A stretch of DNA of 10,122 nucleotides, taken from the NCBI GenBank assembly GCA_046498225.1, contig JAWOBF010000073.1:1-10122 (forward strand), written 5' to 3'. The DNA comes from Candidatus Aegiribacteria sp. (lineage in GTDB: Bacteria; Fermentibacterota; Fermentibacteria; Fermentibacterales; JCC-6). The notes below the pieces were generated by a model, which saw only the letters and a list, made by a program, of their open reading frames with translations, ran no database searches and was not told where the DNA came from. This document shows, piece by piece, positions 5,194-10,122 of the stretch; position 1 is the stretch's first letter; every line of letters starts with the position of its first letter. Position numbers and translations under genes: made by a program.

Positions 5194-7008
5194 TTGCTAA
5201 GCAGACTGGCCATGATGCTCCTGGAATCCGGAATGGTGACCCAGGACGATATCGACGGCATAGTAAGCGAGCACGGCCCGGGGGAGATAGAGCTGGCCGA
5301 CCAGCTGGTATCCATGGGCATTGTTCCCGAGGACCTGATCACCGAGTTCCTCTCCGAGATCTATTCCGTCAAGCCGGTCTACCTCAACGAGCAGGATATC
5401 CCGCCCTCGCTGGGCATGGAACTGGACGAGGATATTCCCAGGAAGTACCTGCTGGTCCCCTTCAAGTCCGAGGAGAAGTATTTCCATATCGCCATGGGCT
5501 CCCCCGGCGACCTCTACGCGGTGGACGAGGTTAAGTTCGCCGTGGGCAAGGAAGTGGTGGTCTACGCCTCGGCGCCCTCCGCTGTCAGAAGGGTCCAGAA
5601 CGACCTCTACGGCAAGCAGGACGCCCTGGTCTCGGTGAAGGAACAGCTGGATGACTACCAGGAGGAGCTGGACGAGCTGGAGATAGTCAACAGCCTGGAG
5701 GTGCAGGAAGAGGAGGAAGAAGACGACCTGGACGAGGACCTGGATGACGAGTACGCCAGCCTCTCTGACGGACCCATCGTCAGCTTCGTCAACTCGATCA
5801 TCGCGAAGGCCGTCAAGAGCGAGGTCAGCGACATTCACGTGGAGCCCTACGAGAAGTACCTGAGGATCAGGTACAGGAGGGACGGCAAGTGCTTCGTGGT
5901 CCGGAAACTCCCCAAGACCGTGCAGCCGCAGATACTCAGTCGGCTGAAAATAATGGCCAGCATGGATATAGCCGAAAAGAGGAAAACCCAGGACGGCAGG
6001 ATCAAGGCCCAGATAGACGGCCGCTCCATCGACTTCAGGGTCAGCGCGGTCCCCACGGTGAACGGAGAGAAGATTGTACTGAGAATTCTGGACAAGGGCA
6101 GCCTGGAGTTCGACCTCAGGGAGCTGGGCTTTCCCGAGGATGCCCTGAAGACCTTCATGCAGGGGGTGAACGCGCCCTACGGCATCGTCCTGGTCACAGG
6201 TCCCACCGGAAGCGGCAAGACCACCACCCTTTACTCGGCCCTGAGTTCACTGAACACGGAAAACAGAAACATCCACACAGCCGAGGAACCGGTGGAGTAC
6301 AACCTGGAGGGACTCACGCAGACTCAGATTGATTTCAGCATGGGCTACGATTTCGCCTCCGCCCTCCGGGCCATTCTCAGGCAGGACCCCAACATCATCA
6401 TGGTGGGCGAGATAAGGGACCTCGAGACGGCCAGCATAGCCATCAAGGCCGCCCTTACCGGGCACCTGGTCTTCTCCACCATTCACACCAACGACGCTCC
6501 CAGTACGGTGAACAGGCTGGTGGACATAGGCATCAAGCCTTTCCTGGTGGCTTCGGCGGTCCGGACCATCATGGCCCAGCGGCTGGTGAGGAAGATATGC
6601 AAGCACTGCAAGAAGCCCTATACGTACCCCGACGAGGAGCTCAGGGCCGCCGGTATTGACCCGGCAGTGGTTGCCGGCTATACAACTTACAAGGGAGCCG
6701 GATGCTCGCGCTGCGGCGGTTCCGGCTACAGGGGCAGAATAGGACTTTACGAAGTACTGTCGATTGATAAGAATATAAAACAGGCTGTGATAGAGAAGGT
6801 CACGGCGGGCAGGCTCCGTGTAATGGGTGTCAGGAATGGTATGCGGACCCTCAGGATGGACGCCGTGGACAAGATGAAGAACGGCATCACCACCCTCGAG
6901 GAAGTCACCAGGGTTACGGCGGAGGATGACCTGGAGGTCAGAAGAGCCCTCGAGGAGCGGAAGGGCAAGACCGAAGGTCAGAAAACAGGGGAAGGACATT
7001 CGGCTTAA
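5194..7008 (+). CDS. pilB: Type IV pilus extension ATPase PilB (GspE/PulE family), paralog 2
   Basis: TTG start 5 nt after GGAGG (5184-5188). Degenerate MshEN-like N-terminus, VSDIHVEP, RYRRDG, QDGR, Walker A GPTGSGKTT, Asp box TAEEPVE, Walker B LRQDPNIIMVGEIRD, His box TGHLVFSTIHTND, CKHC...CSRC, GYRGRIGLYE, GMRTLR. Confidence 0.93.
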   Translation: MLSRLAMMLLESGMVTQDDIDGIVSEHGPGEIELADQLVSMGIVPEDLITEFLSEIYSVKPVYLNEQDIPPSLGMELDEDIPRKYLLVPFKSEEKYFHIAMGSPGDLYAVDEVKFAVGKEVVVYASAPSAVRRVQNDLYGKQDALVSVKEQLDDYQEELDELEIVNSLEVQEEEEEDDLDEDLDDEYASLSDGPIVSFVNSIIAKAVKSEVSDIHVEPYEKYLRIRYRRDGKCFVVRKLPKTVQPQILSRLKIMASMDIAEKRKTQDGRIKAQIDGRSIDFRVSAVPTVNGEKIVLRILDKGSLEFDLRELGFPEDALKTFMQGVNAPYGIVLVTGPTGSGKTTTLYSALSSLNTENRNIHTAEEPVEYNLEGLTQTQIDFSMGYDFASALRAILRQDPNIIMVGEIRDLETASIAIKAALTGHLVFSTIHTNDAPSTVNRLVDIGIKPFLVASAVRTIMAQRLVRKICKHCKKPYTYPDEELRAAGIDPAVVAGYTTYKGAGCSRCGGSGYRGRIGLYEVLSIDKNIKQAVIEKVTAGRLRVMGVRNGMRTLRMDAVDKMKNGITTLEEVTRVTAEDDLEVRRALEERKGKTEGQKTGEGHSA

Positions 7009-7010
7009 CT

Positions 7011-8081
7011 ATGATTATCAAGACTCTGTTGAAAGATATGATGGAGAGGCGCGCCACAGACCTTCACCTCACGGTGGGAACTCCGCCTGTCATCCGTATC
7101 GACGGTGAACTGGAGAGAATGGAGTACGACCCCCTCACACCGCAGGACACGCAGAACCTGGTCTACAGCCTGCTCAAGGACGAGCAGAAGAAGAGGTTCG
7201 AGCTGGAGAAGGAGCTGGACTTCGCCTTCGGCATCAAGGGACTGTCCAGGTTCAGGGCGAACGTTTTCCTTCAGAGGAACTGCATCGCATGCGCCATAAG
7301 GGCCATTCCCCACGAGATACTCTCCTTCGAGGAGCTGGGCCTTCCCAAGGCGGTGAACACCTTCGCCGACAAGCGGCAGGGCCTCATCCTGGTAACCGGC
7401 CCCACCGGCTGCGGAAAATCCACCACCCTGGCCTCCATAATCCGGAAGGTCAATGCCACCAGGCGGTGCCACATAATCACCATCGAGGACCCGATAGAGT
7501 ACGTTCACCACCACGACAAGGGCATCATAAACCAGAGGGAGATAGGCTCGGACACCAAATCCTTCGGCAATTCGCTGCGGTACGTACTGCGTCAGGACCC
7601 GGACGTGGTCCTGATAGGAGAGATGAGGGACATGGAGACCATGCAGGTTGCTCTCAACATCGCCGAGACCGGCCACCTCACAATGGCCACCCTGCACACC
7701 AACTCCACCTACGAGTCCATAAACAGGATAATCGACTCCTTCCCCTCCTCGCAGCAGGACCAGGTCCGAAGCCAGCTCTCCTTCGTCACCATAGGTGTCA
7801 TGACCCAGCAGCTGGTGCCCAAGGCAAGGGGAACCGGACGCGCGCTGGCGGTGGAGGTGCTTGTGTGCAACCCGGCGGTGAAGGCCACCATCCGCCAGGA
7901 CAAGCTCCACCAGATCTACGGAATAATGCAGGCCGGGTACAAATACGGCATGAGGACCATGAACCAGTCCCTCTTCAACCTCTACAAGAAGAAGACCATA
8001 ACCAGGGAAGTGGCCCTGGAGAGGTCCCACGACATAGCGGAGCTGGAACAGATGATAGCAACGGGAAGAGACATTATCTAG
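7011..8081 (+). CDS. pilT: Type IV pilus retraction (twitching motility) ATPase PilT
   Basis: 356 aa with ATDLHLTVGTPPVIRIDGEL, RFRANVF, Walker A GPTGCGKSTT, TIEDPIE, INQREIG, LRQDPDVVLIGEMRD, ETGHL..ATLHTN, GMRTMNQSL. It has no Zn-cysteine motif and no N1 domain. It starts 2 nt after the pilB-2 stop, suggesting translational coupling. Confidence 0.95.
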   Translation: MIIKTLLKDMMERRATDLHLTVGTPPVIRIDGELERMEYDPLTPQDTQNLVYSLLKDEQKKRFELEKELDFAFGIKGLSRFRANVFLQRNCIACAIRAIPHEILSFEELGLPKAVNTFADKRQGLILVTGPTGCGKSTTLASIIRKVNATRRCHIITIEDPIEYVHHHDKGIINQREIGSDTKSFGNSLRYVLRQDPDVVLIGEMRDMETMQVALNIAETGHLTMATLHTNSTYESINRIIDSFPSSQQDQVRSQLSFVTIGVMTQQLVPKARGTGRALAVEVLVCNPAVKATIRQDKLHQIYGIMQAGYKYGMRTMNQSLFNLYKKKTITREVALERSHDIAELEQMIATGRDII

Positions 8082-8096
8082 CAATAGGAGGCGGCA

Positions 8097-9305
8097 ATGC
8101 CTGAGTTCAGATGGGAAGGAACTAACAGGGCCGGCAGACCTATGTCTGGGAAGATCAATGCTGCCAAGAAATCCGAGGCGGAAGATCTTCTCACCCAGCG
8201 GGGGGTGAAAGTAACCAAGCTGAAGGGCGCCGGGTTCGACATATCAACCTTCGGCGTCATCGGCTCGGGAGTGAAGGACAAGGAACTGTCCACTTTCACG
8301 AGGCAGTTCGCGGTGATGATAAACGCCGGCCTTCCCCTGGTCAAATGCCTTCAGATCCTCAGCGAGCAGCAGGACAACAAGATATTCGCCGGCATGATAG
8401 AGGACGTCACCGCCAGCGTGGAGAAGGGTGGTACCCTGGCGGACGCCATGGCGCAGCACAGCAACGTCTTCTCGGACCTCTACACCAACATGGTGGCGGC
8501 GGGGGAGCAGGGCGGTATCCTGGACACCATACTCGAAAGGCTCTCCACCCATCTGGAGAAATCCGTCGCCCTGAAGAGCAAGATAAAGTCCGCCATGATG
8601 TACCCGATGGTGGTGCTCATCGTGGTCCTGCTGGTGACCATAGCCCTTCTTCTGTTCGTCATACCTATCTTCCAGAAGATGTTCGAGGACATCGGGGGCA
8701 GTCTTCCGGGTCCCACCCAGTTCGTGGTGAACATGTCGGAGTTCATGCAGGCCAACATCCTGCTGGTGCTCCTGGGTTTTGCCGCCATCATCGTGGGCTA
8801 CAAGATGTACTACAAAACGGACAGCGGTGAAAAGGTAATAGATACAATCAAGCTGAAAATGCCCATCTTCGGCATACTGGTGCGAAAGATGTCCATCGCC
8901 CGGTTCTCCCGGACGCTGGGAACGCTCATCTCCAGCGGCGTCTCCATACTGGACGGCCTCAGCATAACCGCCAAGACCTCAGGCAACAGGGTGGTGTCCG
9001 ACGCCATCATGCATGCGAGGACCAGCATCTCCGGCGGGGAGAACATAGCCACACCCCTTCGGGAATCCGGTGTCTTCCCCGGCATGGTTACACAGATGAT
9101 ATCCGTGGGGGAGGAAACCGGCGGCATCGACACCATGTTGCAGAAGATAGCCGAGTTCTACGAGGAGGAGGTGGATACGGCGGTGGCCGGCCTCACTTCC
9201 ACGCTGGAGCCCATCATGATAGTGGTACTGGGCGGAATCGTCGGAGGAATGGTCATAGCCATGTACCTGCCCATATTCGACATGATAGGGACCGTGGGAC
9301 AGTAG
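8097..9305 (+). CDS. pilC: Type IV pilus inner-membrane platform protein PilC (GspF family)
   Basis: AGGAGG RBS at 8086-8091. Motifs FTRQFAVMINAGLPL, MVAAGEQGGILD..LERL, KIKSAMMYP plus a TM segment, ARFSRTLGTLISSGV, MISVGEETG, LEP..IVVLGGIVGGMVIAMYLPIF. Confidence 0.96.
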   Translation: MPEFRWEGTNRAGRPMSGKINAAKKSEAEDLLTQRGVKVTKLKGAGFDISTFGVIGSGVKDKELSTFTRQFAVMINAGLPLVKCLQILSEQQDNKIFAGMIEDVTASVEKGGTLADAMAQHSNVFSDLYTNMVAAGEQGGILDTILERLSTHLEKSVALKSKIKSAMMYPMVVLIVVLLVTIALLLFVIPIFQKMFEDIGGSLPGPTQFVVNMSEFMQANILLVLLGFAAIIVGYKMYYKTDSGEKVIDTIKLKMPIFGILVRKMSIARFSRTLGTLISSGVSILDGLSITAKTSGNRVVSDAIMHARTSISGGENIATPLRESGVFPGMVTQMISVGEETGGIDTMLQKIAEFYEEEVDTAVAGLTSTLEPIMIVVLGGIVGGMVIAMYLPIFDMIGTVGQ

Positions 9306-9347
9306 GCGGCTGCAGATACCTCCCTTCCGCCGCGGGAAAGTTTCGCC

Positions 9348-10122
9348 ATGCGGACTGAAATAAGCAGACTGACGCGCCGCGCCTGGCTCCAGGTGGGGCG
9401 CGTCATCGTCTTCGGCCTGTTCATCCTGTTCGGCATATTCTTCCTGGGACCGGAAAGGGTGGGACTGGTCTACACCCTGGTGGGCGCGGCGGTAATCCTT
9501 TCCGTCATCCTGGATGCGGTGGCCAGAAGAGCGGCCGGCGACCGGGAATGGCAGCTGTGGGTCCAGCTTACACTGGATGCGCTCCTGACAGGCGCGCTGA
9601 TACATATGGCCGGGGGGTTCGACGGACCGTTCACCGCGATTTTCTTCATTCACACCATAACCGCCGGTTTCTACCTGGGCATCCGCGGAGGGGTGGTCAT
9701 CGCGGTGGCCGACTCCCTGGTACTTGCCGCCATGGCCTGGCTGACCGTTTCGGGGACCCTGCCCCTCAGCCCGGCCGGAAGTACAATAGAGAACATAATG
9801 ACATCGGTGCCCCAGGAATTTTCCTACCAGTATTCCCTGCTGTTCGTAACCATCTACACGGGATTCCTCACCATTACCGGGCTGGTATCCGGGTATCTCT
9901 CCCAGCACCTGCTAATGGAGAAGGGAAGGGCCGAGGGCATACTGAGGCAGCTCAGGGACGCCAGGACCATGTCCCGGGAGATACTGGAGAGCCTTTCCGA
10001 CGGCATCCTGGTCATAGACAACTCCGGCCAGCCCGTGAGCATCAACAACGCCGGGCTGGAGATACTGTCGCTGCAGAAGGACTGGCGTCAGACGGTGGTC
10101 GACACCGACATCTACACGATGC
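9348..10122 (+). CDS. pilS: PilS-like membrane sensor histidine kinase, N-terminal part (multi-TM sensor plus start of a PAS domain); 3'-partial
   Basis: Absent from the ORF track because it has no stop in the window. Translation: MRTEISRLTRRAWLQVGRVIVFGLFILFGIFF...QLWVQLTLDALLTGALIHMAGGFDGPFTAIFFIHTITAGFYLGIRGG...GLVSGYLSQHL...ILESLSDGILVIDNSGQPVSINNAGLEIL. It has about six TM segments, a PilS-type Q..D...GG..(S/G)PF signature and a PAS start at ~9981, and lies directly after pilC as in Myxococcus/Geobacter pilB-pilT-pilC-pilS-pilR clusters. The kinase domain itself is outside the window. Confidence 0.8.
   Translation, partial: MRTEISRLTRRAWLQVGRVIVFGLFILFGIFFLGPERVGLVYTLVGAAVILSVILDAVARRAAGDREWQLWVQLTLDALLTGALIHMAGGFDGPFTAIFFIHTITAGFYLGIRGGVVIAVADSLVLAAMAWLTVSGTLPLSPAGSTIENIMTSVPQEFSYQYSLLFVTIYTGFLTITGLVSGYLSQHLLMEKGRAEGILRQLRDARTMSREILESLSDGILVIDNSGQPVSINNAGLEILSLQKDWRQTVVDTDIYTM

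Noticed and set aside
4441..6500. Similar DNA blocks between pilB-1 and pilB-2 as a recent duplication or assembly artefact
   Set aside because: Similarity is confined to ATPase motifs and has many synonymous differences, and the N-terminal halves are highly diverged.
3395..9305. Interpretation as a type II secretion (GspE/GspF) locus
   Set aside because: A PilT retraction ATPase and a PilS-like sensor in pilB-pilT-pilC-pilS order point to type IVa pili, and no gsp pseudopilin or secretin genes are adjacent in the window.
468..10048. Many long minus-strand and alternate-frame ORFs in the track (e.g. 3371-4735, 6247-6999, 7005-8084, 8979-9908, 7289-8104)
   Set aside because: They overlap well-supported + strand genes and have the V/G/H/P/R-rich composition of shadow frames in GC-rich DNA, with no recognisable motifs.

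Overview
GC-rich bacterial chromosomal window. All well-supported genes lie on the + strand. The first gene is the C-terminal ~1,020 aa of a SprA/Sov-family outer-membrane beta-barrel (type IX secretion translocon-like); its 5' end looks broken, and roughly the first 150 nt read like the antisense of an unrelated gene. An AT-rich promoter-like spacer follows. Next is a tightly packed type IVa pilus operon: pilB-1, pilB-2, pilT, pilC, and the 5' part of a pilS-like membrane sensor kinase that runs off the window and is missing from the ORF track. The most unusual feature is two full-length, diverged PilB extension ATPases in tandem serving one PilT and one PilC. Both have changed the normally conserved Asp-box aspartate (to N in one, E in the other), and their MshEN c-di-GMP modules have degenerated differently, hinting at a heteromeric or dual-input pilus motor. 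No RNA genes, CRISPR arrays or mobile elements were seen. All family assignments come from motif recognition by eye, not database searches.
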